Numbered from the stretch's first letter, positions 38,367 to 51,528 are shown. The stretch is DNA of 64,000 bases from Neoechinorhynchus agilis (GCA_051530055.1 CM121342.1:1770797-1834796); one strand, 5' to 3'. Notes: generated by a model not told the origin, from the sequence alone. Numbers and translations: made by a program.

Positions 38367-38445
38367 TGAACGTACACGTCAAAGCAATGATCCTATTGAT
38401 TGTTTCTTTTGATGACGTGCAGAATACGATTCTTTCGTGAGCCAG

Positions 38446-38924
38446 ATGATCATTAAAGATACCTTAATCTCTAAAGAACGCGGTAAGTGTTAGTACGTTT
38501 TACACAACGTGTGCGGCAACCTTGGTAAAGGCATAAGATTGTACCTCTTAAATTTTGGAATCAATAAAATCTTTTATTTTTACGCCAGATACCAACATGA
38601 ACAATTCAATCTTCAAGCGTTTATTGAACTATTTTTAATTTCGATCAAATTACGTATTTAGGTGTTTTTGTTCTGGTTTTTTTGGTAATTTACTGGTTTC
38701 GATATAGCTTTTTTGCTATTTTTGTTGCAATTTTAGCATCAATCACGACCAAGCTTGCCGCCCATCGAGGTCGTTCCCATAATGCTTACGGCGTTCTTTG
38801 TTGGACATTAATGTTTATCCTTTTAGTTTCTATCGCGAGATCTAATATAATCTGCAGTGAGGAAAAAAACAAAATCATTATTTATGGATATTTTTCGCTT
38901 TTTATCCTCAGATCACAAACATAA
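38446..38924 (+). CDS. Predicted small multi-pass membrane protein (~100 aa, 2 exons)
   Basis: ATG 38446, phase-1 GTAAGT donor at 38483 and acceptor at 38661 join in frame to the hydrophobic 38682-38924 ORF. No family recognised. Confidence 0.45.
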
Positions 38925-38994
38925 TCGCGAATTAGTTTTGGTACTTAAATTTATTTCCGATACTACACGTCTGAGAATTCTGACGCAGAACCAA

Positions 38995-39080
38995 CCACTG
39001 AAGGGAGAAAACTCACTGATGAATCCTGCCTCCTGGAGGTATCTGAGGATCCGGAGGAATGTACAAACTTTTAACCGTGC
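38995..39080 (+). repeat. Dispersed repeat, copy 1 (CTGAAGGGAG...AAACTCACTGATGA...ACAAA...ACCGT)
   Basis: Aligns by eye with 48858-48933. Confidence 0.7.
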
Positions 39081-39340
39081 ATTAGAGACTATGTGGTTAT
39101 ATCACTTTTCTGATGTAATTGGTTTGGCTTTATGCCTAAAAAATAAGCCGGGCAAGAAAGGGATAGACTAAAATTTAATGATGATACAATACCGGCTTGC
39201 CAGTAAAAACTTAAAATCAAACTAATCAAGGTACAATTTTATTTTACCGCCTTCAAAAATGTATTACAGAAAGCATAAATTAAAAGCTAATTAATTACGA
39301 ACTTTCAAATAAGGACAAATCTTGATAATGTTGGATTTGT

Positions 39341-39405
39341 CCGCGAAATATCGGTAATAAATTAGTCAATTTAACTCTGGGGCGGCAAAACTTCCAAAAC
39401 GAAGC
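39341..39405 (+). repeat. ~65-bp dispersed element, copy 1, upstream of INTS7
   Basis: CGAAATATCGG...ATAAATTAGT.AATTTAA.TCTGGGG.GGCAA.ACT.CCAAAA, shared with 63033-63100. Confidence 0.75.
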
Positions 39406-39549
39406 ATATTTTTCCTCGAAAACAATAATAAAAGACATGATCGTAGTTCCGACTGATTATTTTTGTGTATATTTCAAAATGTAGCATACGAATGCACATA
39501 ACAAAAGTCGATTTTTTGAAATAATTTCTATTATTTACAATTGTAGATT

Positions 39550-42500
39550 ATGTCAGTTGTCTTCGACGACTTCTCCGACTCGGATTCCGATGTCGCAACA
39601 GTCGTAGAGCCTACTCATGACTCTCTTGTGATTCACAGAGATGGGAAATTAGACGAAGAGCGGGATTTACTATTTCTAATTCAAAAAATCAGAAGAATGG
39701 ATAATCCACTTGAAACGCTTCTTTCACTTAACATGGCAGTTAATTCCATTGCGACCGAATCGTCAGTGTCTAGCGTCCTCAATCAAATCTCTCAAAGTAT
39801 CTTACCAGTCATATCCATTCGAGATCGACTCTTTTTAAGTCAACAACTTGAACTTATCGGGCGTAAATCTCTTTTAAAAGTCGATTTACAATTGCGGACG
39901 TTCTTAAAAGCGTTACTTAACGGCTACGAGGGAGTTGATGTGCTCGGTAGATGTTTTATTCTCTCAAGCGTGACACAATTATTGAGAATTTGGTCATCGA
40001 CGAGTGTAGAGGTCACTGATAGACTAGTTCGTTTGGCCGATACTTATCATCACCGAATGTGTACTATGGAGTTTATCGAGTTCGTGGATGCAATTTGTTC
40101 TCAGGCGGCGTTCAACGTGGTCTTTGCATCTTTATTAAACAATCAGTTATCTAATGAAGAGTTCGACGGTCGATTGGCGTACTTTGCTTTACAAATGGGA
40201 CGCAAAAGGATTTTAAACGCTCAATTGCGTTCTCGTGTTGTTGAAGAATTGAACAACCAACAAGTGTCTGGCGAGATTTACGTGAGTATGCGAACCCTTG
40301 CTCTATACTGTCTGCATAATCCACGATTCACAAATGAAACTTTGGCAGTGATTTTTGAAAAGGCAAAAAGTTCATTGGCACTCATTAGCGATGAACATTT
40401 GAAACTCATTTACAGATTAGCTTGTAAGAATGCCCAGTATTGGAACGAAAATAACATTCGAGAAACTGGGAATCTTCTTGTTCGTGTAAAATCAGATGAT
40501 TGCAAATACGTTTTGATTGGAAGTATTAAACAATTGATTAAGTCAAACGATGCACTAAGCGATGTTCAGAAATTGTCTTTAACTGAAACTCTTGCTCGCG
40601 TTGTCTCTAACTCCGAAAATGACTTGGTGTCCCTGGAAGCGCTAAGTGTTCTTTCAAATCTTAAGAATTCAAAAGCGTTGCGCTCTTTCTGCAGTCTATT
40701 TAAAGGAACACTTGCGTCTATATTCAATGAAAACAATAATCATAAACATAAAGCTACAATGAAACTAAGACGTGTATTGAATATTTTGCTAAACGTTTTG
40801 AATTTGAGCCATGTACCTCTTAAAAGAAAGATCCATTTGGTTGGGTATTTACTTGAAACAATTAATTTAAATGAGACAAAGAATGGTACAGTGGTTGTTT
40901 GTCTAAGGAAAATTGCCAGGATAAACCCTGATATTATTGAACCACATATCGATAAAATCTTACAATACATAGTAGTGATCGGTCAAAATGTTAATTCTCT
41001 GAGTCTTATATATTCAGCGACTCTGGCTTCTCCATCCATCGAAATCAACCACAAACAGCAGTTTGGTGAGATTGCGGAAGGAGCATATTCGGATTGGCAG
41101 TTATATTGCTTGGTAAGGGAGTGCTGCTGTCAAGGACTGTTTCATTTCGCTTCGATGGCCATAAAGGTGATTTTGAAGAGACACGAAAATCGCGGGACAC
41201 GAGATGGCTAATTTTTGTTGCTCAAATGCAATAACAGAAATTTTTTATACCGTGTTGTTTTCTATTTATTAACCCAAATCGATAAATTGACTAAATTTCC
41301 TTTCAGTGTCTTTTAGTACCAGAAACTGAATACAAGCGTAGTCCTAATAAAATTGTTTTCCTTAAATGTATTTTAAACTAATGACAAAAATTCGGCATCT
41401 CGTTTAAAAAGTGCTTTTTGAGATGCTCGTCAAAAATGTTTTTGTTCATCATCTTAAAGATGTGCAAAGCTGAAACAACGATTGTATCAAATCGGCCAGA
41501 TTCTCTCATGGACGCCCTCAACGAATACAAACAATGTCTAGATCATCTCATGTTGTACCGACCATGCTTAATATCCATCAAAACAGATATAGCGACCAAG
41601 GAATTGATTTTCAAGACAAAACTTCGATTCGATCATATGATTAACTTCATCAAAATACGACAGAGCATGCTTTTACTGGGAAATGCCTTATTCTTATGGA
41701 TGCGCCCTACACAGCTAGACGTAAATTCCGCTGAAACAATGACAGTAAGCCACGTAACATTCCGAATCGAAATGAGGTTTCGTCAATGTATTTATCTTCT
41801 TGAAAATATATTCGACACAATGTTCACCTGTGATGAACAAAGTATTCAGCTTATTCTTGATGTTATTAGTACAGTAAATGATCTCAAACAAATCATATTA
41901 GATGTTCTTCACCAGAATACAAACTCGAATCCAAAGTTGAAACTTTACTTCCGAGAGGACACCTTAAGCGATGCATTCGATAAAAACGTCGACGAACTGA
42001 AACGTGTATGTTCGGAGTTCTTTCTTAAGCCCCTCAGACTACCTCGAAGCATTTTTCGACGCAATAAGGAAACTGTCGTTCATGCCGAAATTGAATCAAG
42101 CGCCAGTAATCGAATGGGAATCTCGCAAACACTCAAGACGTAAGCAGAATTATTTACATCCCAGGGCACACGCAAACGCGCGTCCACACACGTATACACA
42201 ACGAAACGATAAACTTTATGCACACAAATACACCCGCCCAAGCGCACACACGCGTGTAAGCACGCGTACGCAACGACATCGAACAGATCCATTCGCACAA
42301 ATACACTCGCCCACGCACGCACACAACAAACACAATACGGGCCCATTCGCAGAAAAGAACTCGCCCACGCACGCACACAGCGACCCCAGACGGATTCATT
42401 CGCACAAATACACTCGTCCATGCGCACACACACGCCCACGGCGCGCGTATGTACGCGCACCCAACGATACCGAACATACCTATTCGCAAAAATACACTCG

Positions 42501-44213
42501 CCCACGCACGCACAGAACAAACCCAAATGGGCCTATTCGCACAAATGCAATCGCCCACCCGCGCATACAAACCCACTTATGCGCGCTCACTACACCGAAC
42601 AGATCCAGTCGCACAAATACACTCGCCCACGCACGCACACAACAAACACAACACGGACCCATTCGTAGAAAAGAACTCGCCCACGCACGCACACAGCGAC
42701 CCCAAACGGATTCATTCGCACAAATACACTCGTCCATGCGCACACACACGCCCACGGCGCGCGTATGTACGCGCACCCAACGATACCGAACATACCTATT
42801 CGCAAAAATACACTCGCCCACGCACGCACATCAAACCCAAATGGGCCTATTCGCACAAATGCAATCGCCCACCCGCGCATACAAACCCACTTATGCGCGC
42901 TCACTACACCGAACAGATCCAGTCGCACAAATACACTCGCCCACGCACGCACACAACAAACACAACACGGACCCATTCGTAGAAAAGAACTCGCCCACGC
43001 ACGCACACAGCGACCCCAAACGGATTCATTCGCACAAATACACTCGTCCATGCGCACACACACGCCCACGGCGCGCGTATGTACGCGCACCCAACGATAC
43101 CGAACATACCTATTCGCAAAAATACACTCGCCCACGCACGCACAGAACAAACCCAAATGGGCCTATTCGCACAAATGCAATCGCCCACCCGCGCATACAA
43201 ACCCACTTATGCGCGCTCACTACACCGAACAGATCCAGTCGCACAAATACACTCGCCCACGCACGCACACAACAAACACAACACGGACCCATTCGTAGAA
43301 AAGAACTCGCCCACGCACGCACACAGCGACCCCAAACGGATTCATTCGCACAAATACACTCGTCCATGCGCACACACACACGCCCACGGCGCGCGTATGT
43401 ACGCGCACCCAACGATACCGAACATACCCATTCGCACAAATACACTCGCCCACGCCCGCACACATCAAACCCAAATTGGCCCATTCGCACAAATGCAATC
43501 GCCCACCCGCGCATACCAACCCACTTATGCGCGCTCACGACACCGAACATACCCATTCGCACAAATACACTCGCCCACCTGCGCATACAACAAGCCCAAA
43601 TGGGCCCATTCGCAGAAAGGAACTCGCCCACCCGCGCATACAAACCGACTTATGCGCGAGATAGTGCCGAAATAACGGATTTTAAAATGAAATCATTTCA
43701 ATTTCATCGGCCGAAAACAACCAATATGAACAACCCAATCTTCGAACATACACACGAATGCACACCTTGGTATGGACATACATTATTAGCCCATCATTTA
43801 TTCAACGTATTTCTGGTGCTCGATGTAAACCCTGCGGCCAATCACCGTCTCGACCGTTTGAATGCCTTTTGAATCAAGATCTTGTCATTACTGTTCATGG
43901 GCGTTTCTCATACAATACGTCTAAATCGCTGAGAAAAGTGCACAAAGTCTCTGCTTCAGTAGAAGGGGTCCTTTTATATGACGATCAGTCTAGGAGTCTG
44001 AGCGCTAACAATTTCACAATCATTAATAATCAAAGATGTGATTGCCAAGGAGAATCTTCAACGTTCTATCTGACTCTTTTAATTCCTAGCAAGGAGTACA
44101 ACATTTCAGCGTGCACTGTGATGTTCAACATCCACCTTAACTTATTTGATGCGCTAAATCGACAATTTCGAAATTTTAAGATCTTGCGGACGTACGTGAA
44201 ATTTATACAGTGA
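39550..44213 (+). CDS. INTS7: Integrator complex subunit 7-like; last exon boundary uncertain
   Basis: Long helical-repeat-type exons with WQLYCLVRECCCQGLFHFA, FIKIRQSMLL, LRLPRSIFRR and LVITVHG...RKVHKV, collinear with INTS7 motifs. Donor GTAAGC near 42140 precedes the repeat-filled intron. Confidence 0.7.
42165..43660. repeat. ~315-bp higher-order tandem repeat inside an INTS7 intron
   Basis: Anchor CCAACGATACC at 42461, 42777, 43091 and 43409 (spacing 316, 314, 318). Each unit is built from sub-repeats with core ATTCGCACAAATACACTCGCCCACGCACGCAC. Confidence 0.95.
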
Positions 44214-44689
44214 ATGGCGCTGAAAGCGTGAACAAGAAAACGAGTGTAAATTTTGATTTTGTGCTTTTGATACTGGTGATTCTTAGTACAAATTGTCAGG
44301 AAACATCACCATATTGCCTTAAACAAATCAAAGTTTTTCTACTACAATTGGAACAGAAACTAAATACAGTCAAATCCGTCCGAAACATACACCATCCCTT
44401 ATCAAAACGATCGCATCCCGATGTTGTCCGATTAACCGGAATCGACTATATATCCGTGTTAAAATTGCAACGGTGAAAGTGAGTGCAAAACGACGTTTTC
44501 ATTTTTCGTAAATTTTCGGACAACCTTTCCATTGACAATAGTCGAATCGTAGAATTCCATTTTTGACTATTTATAGAAATTTTACAGAATGCAATGTAGC
44601 TGTAATTAATTTAGAGACCTTCGAACAGGTGTGGCGGTATCAAAGTGCATTTTAGCCTTTAATTCAAATCCATAAAAGCATAAATAGAT

Positions 44690-45560
44690 ATTGAGGTATA
44701 CCAATTCGGTTTCATCATCAGTTCTAAGAAACTAGAGGTAAAATGATTATTCTGCTCATGTGTTGTTCGATTTCTATGAAGACGGAAATTTAAACTCCCC
44801 AGTTGTTTATATACGGTTTCTGTTCTATGTTTAAGAAGGCTTCCTTAATTAGGCGTCGAATGTTATTATGTTCATTTGCTAAAACCAATGTTTTGTCGGC
44901 GATATTCGACGATACCACTTTCTGGGTCTTGGACCGTTTACGTTCCGCCAATCTCGTATACAGATTCTGGCCTGTTTATCCGATGTAATTGCTATTGCAT
45001 TGGCTACAAGAAACTTTGTAGACAACAGCCCTCCTTTCTACTTCCTTGAATTTCCGGGAAATGATGTTTCCTATAAGTACATTAAGTCAAAAATAAAATT
45101 GACATTTTATCGGCAGACCGCTGTTCTTAATTGTTCTTGAAATTTTATTTCGTCAACAGTTGGTCTGCGGTCCCATGTCCGGCACTTCAATGCGTAGTAG
45201 ATTCATTCGATTCGGGCTCATGACTGTTTCTTTTGACTGTATGTTCCTCGCAGGGTCCACTTGCTCTCGCGCTGAATTAAGAATATCTTTGGGGTCCCCC
45301 AACTTCCTGGAAATTCGTTTCAACTTTTATGCATAAAGATTTGAATATACCAACTTTTGTGCTTTTACAATGAGCAATATTCCAAAGTATATAATTATTT
45401 GTTTCAGTTGGCTTTCTGTGGACCGATGTAGTAATTCGTGTTTCATTTTTTTGAATCAACACATCTAGAAACGGTAACCTTCCGATCTATTCATAGTGAA
45501 TTTGATTCGATTGTGTTGGCGGTTGAGATGTTCAATTAAATCGTCGCGGTTACCTCAATT
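44690..45560 (-). mobile_element. Decayed Penelope-like element (RT thumb plus GIY-YIG endonuclease)
   Basis: Minus frames give EHLNRQHNRIKFTM, LPFLDVLI...TSVHRKPTET and VVYKVSCSQCNSNYIG*TGQNLYTRL. A degenerate CTGATGATGAAACC follows at about 44708-44721. Confidence 0.88.
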
Positions 45561-46211
45561 TCTCAATTTGACTGTATCGGTACCTGATTTTCGATGGGAT
45601 TAATCTCAGGCATTTTTGTATCTGTTTTAAGCTTTGCTTCAATACTTAATTCTCGAAAAATACAGAAACTACGAAACACCTCCTTAAACCGCCAACTCAC
45701 TGATAAAAAATAGATGGCTGCACGCATTAAAATTCTTTTAATTTACCAGCGCACTGTTAAACAATCAATAAATGACGTCATTTGTCCAATTTTAGTTTAA
45801 GGAATGGTGTTTGATCGCCGTATAGAGCGACTTGGCAAACTGATTAGTTGTTTTTCAGCGATGAGCATTTTTGTCCGTTATTAATGTCAATTTACTCTAC
45901 TGTCCCTTTTGTGAATAAATCGATGATGTTCGGCTTTCAATATAGTGGTTTCTCTCTATCTCTCGATGAATTCGCTTTAAACATTTTTGAAAGTTAGTCT
46001 TGATTGTTCTTTATTCGATGATAGCTTCGATCTAAAATCGATTTCTCTATTAAGGATTGGCAAATTTTCATATATATGTTTAAATAATCGTAAAACTTCA
46101 CATTGTCGAGAGCAAATAAAGCCCTATAAAACTTCTTGGGTCTATTTAAAGATGTGTCACAAATCAGTTCAAGAGGCCTCGAATTTAAAACATTCAAATT
46201 CGGGTAATACA

Positions 46212-46877
46212 ATGAGCCAAGAAGCTGAACACTCAAATTGTTTATCATTGGCTGAGGTTCGGGATATTTTAAGTCGATTTAAAATAGATTTCCTGTTTTA
46301 GGATACATTCGAGAATTCAGAAAGTCGAATAGCCAACAATAATTTTGGAAATAAGCGGTCAAAGTAAGTGCACCAGTTTAGGATTCCGATTATAGGAAAA
46401 GTTTTAAGAAATTCAAATTACCACAACGAGGAATCAAACACATTGGGCGAATTAACGGACACTGCGAGTCATTTAAATAGTTTGGTTCAAAACGACCGAG
46501 AAGTTCTTAACAAACAGCTCGAGATGATTGCTATGAGTACCCAGAAAGCGAAAGGAATTGGTAGCTGCGACGAAGCTTTAGACTGGTTACAAAGTTTCAT
46601 TTCTTCGAGTGCGAAAACAAACGACAACTTCGTGATTTCTTTAAATATTGCTCAAGATAATCATGATAATTTGGACGCACATTCCAGCTTTTTCGATGGT
46701 ATTGGCGAGCGTAGTCAATATTCTGTAACGGACACGGGCTACTGTGATGACTTTGACCTCTCCCACAATAATGATGCCGATTCCATCGCGATATCCGATT
46801 CGTTGATGCTAATTTCTAGGCGTAGAGACGACTCACAAAATTTTGAAGATGAGGGATATTGTGATTCTATCGATTGA
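46212..46877 (+). CDS. Uncharacterised acidic protein, 3 exons
   Basis: Two 45-nt GT-AG introns (46257-46301, 46364-46408) join in frame and remove the intervening stops. No family recognised. Confidence 0.6.
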
Positions 46878-47499
46878 AGTACTATTATAAATTATCTAAA
46901 TAACGACATGGAAGCACTCGTGGTCGTTTAACCGTTTAAATTCAGTTTAAAGCATCGAATAACACGAAAAGTATTAATTCCATTTAGACTTTTCTTCAAG
47001 CTGTTCTTTTCTTTCTGCAATAAAAATATTAACCTTTGATCTCATAAAGCTGCCCTTTAAACATTAGGACATTAAGTAGTTTTGTTCCAAACCGTAAAGC
47101 TCTTTCTAAAAATGAGGTTCAGAATCTTGGGTTATTGATTTTTTATTTATTAAATGTCAAAACAGTCAGACTTTTTATTTTACAACAATCGACTTTGTGG
47201 ATATTCACTTAACCAATCAATAAGCCACTCAGACTTTTCCTACTAGAAAAGCTGATTTTTCATTAAAAAGACGCCATTGTTTCCTTTAAAACTGACAACT
47301 TTTTTGATAGAATAACAATGATAAAAGCCGGCATTTATCGAGTGCTTTTTTGGTTTACAAATAGTTTAACAGAAACTTTGTTAAATCAATGTAGGAGGTA
47401 TACGTATGGAATTAATAAAATTGCAACTTGTCTGCTTAAAGACCTTTTTAATAAGCGAGATATTTCCAATGAATTACCGTTGAATTTTATTGTCGTAGT

Positions 47500-48690
47500 T
47501 TGAAAACTGAGAGGCAGAATGCTCTATTTGTCGGCCACATATAGTTTAAAGTTTTCTGTGTGGGAAAAATGAGTTGTGTTAAACTTCTTGCGGAATCCAT
47601 GAACAAGAAACTTATTGTCGTTAATTTAAACCAACAAGGTGACACATTGAGAGTCTTGATTGGTTTATACAAACCATTGGACATTTCAAAGGTAATTGAA
47701 CTTGTTCAAAGTTGTCTTAATGTTCTATTAAACAATGTTTTCCCACTGCATTTCTCTGAAAAGATGGTGGATATGATCAGGAAAGAAGCGAGTAAAAAAT
47801 TTCAGTTTGGCAGTACATTTGATAGAAAATGCTGGTAAGAAAATCATAGATAAACATGGAGATAATGGACGAAAGATATTAGCGGAAATACAAGATTAAA
47901 AAGGAAATTTAAAACCGGGCCTACATTTTACATTTAAATTTGTGAATGGACCATTGGTGCGGCTTCTGATGAGACTTGCTGTCATCAACGAGCTTTTAGA
48001 TAGTCGAACGATTGTAGACTATGACAACAGACAATTTGCCTTTATGAAACCTCCTGATTCCAGCGGAGCGAAGAAACGTATCCTACCACGGTCTATAAGA
48101 TCGAGATTCACTGAAATCACCGTTGAAGAGTGTATCGATGATTTAAAAAGTATTATAACGGTGATTCGTGATGGAAAGAAAAATCCTGCTGGCATCGTAG
48201 ATGGATTTTGTCAATTTTACACGACAGTAAAGCCAGTGCTAGACGTAAATATCCGAACTCTCTGTAGAACTATTAGATATTTCCTCGAAATGAAAACGGC
48301 TTATGTTATCCTTAGATTGTATGATGTTCCTTTGATGTGTTTTGGATATCATTGTTGAACAAGTAACGACCATGCGATTATCGCTTCGTTTGTTGCTAAT
48401 TTTTTTAAATGAAATTGAATCAAACGCACTTGACAAAATCAAGGCTTCTCAGTATTTCAAATTTGAACAATCAGATGTTAAAGTATGCGATTATTGGCTT
48501 ATGAAAGTGCACGAATTCTCATGAGTTCAAGTTCGTGTTTACTGATAGAGTTAATAGAAATCTGAGCGTGTTTGCACGAGCATTCAATTTTGGAAATATC
48601 CAATCCTTTTACAAGGTGAGACTTCAGTGGGTAAGACCAATCTTGTTCAGTGGCTTGATAATCACACACCGGAGTAAGGGGAGAAGACAG
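47500..48690 (+). pseudogene. MDN1: Midasin (MDN1) AAA-domain fragment, disrupted
   Basis: GKMSCVKLLA...VVNLNQQGD...LIGLYKPLD, FKFVNGPLV, LPRSIRSRFTEI, NIRTLCR and YPILLQGETSVGKTNLVQWL. In-frame stops and frameshifts; the Walker B region appears deleted. Confidence 0.8.
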
Positions 48691-48857
48691 TTATTGAGAG
48701 CTCGACATAAAGGAAATAGAAACTCGTTATGTTGCTGCCATCTCTATTTAGCGTATGCATTGCTCAGACGGTCACACTACTCCTAATCGCTCTTTCTGGG
48801 TTAAAAAGGTTCAAAACCCATTATCACCAATGACTCATAGCTAAAGGGGACGGATTA

Positions 48858-48933
48858 CCGCTGAAGGGAGGAGGAAACTCACACTGATGAGTCCAGTCTC
48901 CTCGGGAGGGATGCACAAAATTCATAACCGTAC
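48858..48933 (+). repeat. Dispersed repeat, copy 2, next to a decayed PLE
   Basis: Aligns with 38995-39080. Confidence 0.7.
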
Positions 48934-48949
48934 GGTCATGGCTATTTAT

Positions 48950-50150
48950 TGCAGACCAATCGCTCCCTTGACCCAGATCTATGGGATAACTTAATTTACA
49001 TTGACATCTCGTTTGTCACTCTCATGGAAGTGACGACTTTGTGGATCTTTTCGAAATTTATTTTTACGTGCCATCATCTCGAGAAAACGAGCCTTGCGCT
49101 CCTTTATCATTTTCTTACGCTAATCATCTTGAATGGATTGGTTATTGTCCAAAACCATTGATCTGACATAGGTAAAGTGGCCTTTGAAATTACCAAGATA
49201 AGCTTCTGTAGATATGTCATCAAGATTTTGACAAGTTCTTTAGAGTATCTGTAGAATGCCGTGTGCTGGCCTGGTGGTCGCTGTGCCACAATCCCGATTA
49301 AATCCAGCGTCCATCTGTGCTTAAATGGTGTTTGACGGGACCTTATTCGCATTCGCACGTTCTTAGGGAAAGGCAAGTGGTAAGTGATTGACTGAAGAAT
49401 GTCCTTGAATGGGTGTGGATTAGGAACGGCAAGGAAGTGAAGCATATTTTTAGCTTCCGCAATTCTAATCGTGAATGCCCGTTTTCTTTACGTTCCGAAG
49501 CCGCATACCGATAATGGTAAGGATGGAATTCTGCGTCGGCTACCTCTGGTTCGACGGCTCTATTGGGTTAACATTTGCTCTAGGACCTGCTCAAAGATTG
49601 CTGAATTTAATTCGTTTAGATCACTAGCGATTTCGTCAATTCTGACTGTGATGGCGGTGTTAGTATTTGGTTTTACACATAGGTAGTAAACAATCTGTCG
49701 ACGAAGCGATTGATCCAAACTGATTTGACCGATGCTATGGTTGTATCGCTCGCAAACAACGTTCATGGGCAAATCGAGCATGTGCTCAACTATAAGCTTT
49801 CTCGACTTTTATGTGTTTCCAGAATCTTGAACATTCAGTTGGGCAATGCCCTCGAAGGATGCCCAATGCCCTAGACCATAGTGAAAAACGACTCGGATCG
49901 ACGAACCATGCAGCAGCCATTTTAACCGCCTGAAGATATTGGTAACTCATTTATGAGCAGCGTTGACCTGAAGAAAGAAGATGAAGTGAGTTTGTGACAG
50001 AAGTTGCGTTTCGCATTCACATTTAAGCGTAACTTGGTCCACCAAAGCACGTAGTGTTATTAGAGAGCGGATTTCCCATCATTGTCAGCCTAGAAAACAA
50101 GAAGGTAGCCGGGTTATGTGCGGAGCCTCCAGAATGTTCGGTACAATGAT
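48950..50150 (-). mobile_element. Highly decayed Penelope-like element
   Basis: Minus-frame remnants MGNPLS, WFVD and FNRDCG occur in the order expected for a PLE RT-EN ORF, with many stops. Confidence 0.5.
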
Positions 50151-51528
50151 AGAAATCGCCACCTATTTGAACTTCTTTCAAGACAATCAAGATAAAAACA
50201 ACAAGGAAAGTTGCTATCAGTTGGATTTTATATTAACTTAATGCATTTTGAACTGTGTAAACACTTTATTATATTCAATTTTATCTAAATTCCTGTATCG
50301 CATATTCAACGCACCAACGTATTTCGTAATTTCAATCGCAGAATTCTTCACTGAAAAAGTCTTGAAGTGTGCAACATATCGACAGGAATTCTCAAACACG
50401 AAATTTCGAATATGATTAAACGTATTAGAAGGGCAACAGGTCAATACAAATCGAAATGTTTCTACGAAGGTAGAGATGTGGCTCCTTTGCAAAGTTGAAT
50501 CGATCAATATTTCAACGGCCCGCGTGTTTAACAACTCGCATTTAGTATTTTCACTTGCGCGGGTTTTTTTACTACCAAACAATACTACAAAAGTTGAGTA
50601 TCGTGACCTCAAAGTGTCCAGCGGAAAGGTGAGAGGGTCAGCGAAATTCGGAAAATTTTGTTTCGCTTAAAGATGCGTTTTTCTATTCATATCTCAAAAT
50701 TTTTTTTATAATACAGCCTTAATGTGACTATTCGTATTCTCAATCGAATTTTATTTAACCATCTTCTGTGATCTATTTAGTCAAATATAAATATTTTCTT
50801 TTGGTAGTTATAAAAATCCAGAATTAAATTTAATGATTTATTACTCATATTTCACGTCGAATATTTCCGACATTGTCAAGGTTTGTCACTGTTTTCGTAA
50901 AAACTTTCAAATAATAACAAACCTTGATAATCTAGTAATTATCCGAAGAAATATTGGGAATAAGTTAGTCAATTTATATGCGAGGTATTATAACTACCAA
51001 CAGAAAGTGTCTTTCCCCCGAATCTAATACATAAATATAATGTTTTAGTCAAGACGAATCATTAATAAAAATTAAATTATTTTCTTTATTTCGATCAGAC
51101 CAAAACAATCTACTGAAGACAAATTGTATTTTATGGAATGTTTTTAAATCCTACGCTTGTTTATTATAAAGACAAAATCGCATCAAATCATCCATTAGAT
51201 TTGCTACGGCTGACTATTATAGATCATAAAGAAGTTACAATTTCAAGAGGGCGTTTTTAATTTTAAAGGTGAAAATTTACGTTTTAACCTTTTCGAATTA
51301 AACGATTAATAAGATCTCTAATTTGCATTATTTATTGCACAGCTTGAGCATAACACTCTTGTCTCGTACTCACATCCTTGTCGCCCTTCTTGCAACGTAT
51401 CTTAAAAGGAGCTCGTGAGAATGAGAGCAATTTTGTCACACACGCCGACTCACACTGAAATTCCGTTTCGTCTTTCGAAAAACCTCACCTTGACCACTCA
51501 TTGTCCCTTTAGAATCTTCAGATTTTTT

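Noticed and set aside
42004-43872. 622-aa ORF and many overlapping ORFs
   Set aside because: The T-poor repeat strand rarely forms stop codons, unit lengths (314/316/318) shift frame, and the region lies between INTS7 splice sites.
46364-46381. Apparent 18-nt micro-intron (GTAAGT...TTTAG)
   Set aside because: A 45-nt intron from the same donor (to 46408) restores frame and matches local intron size.
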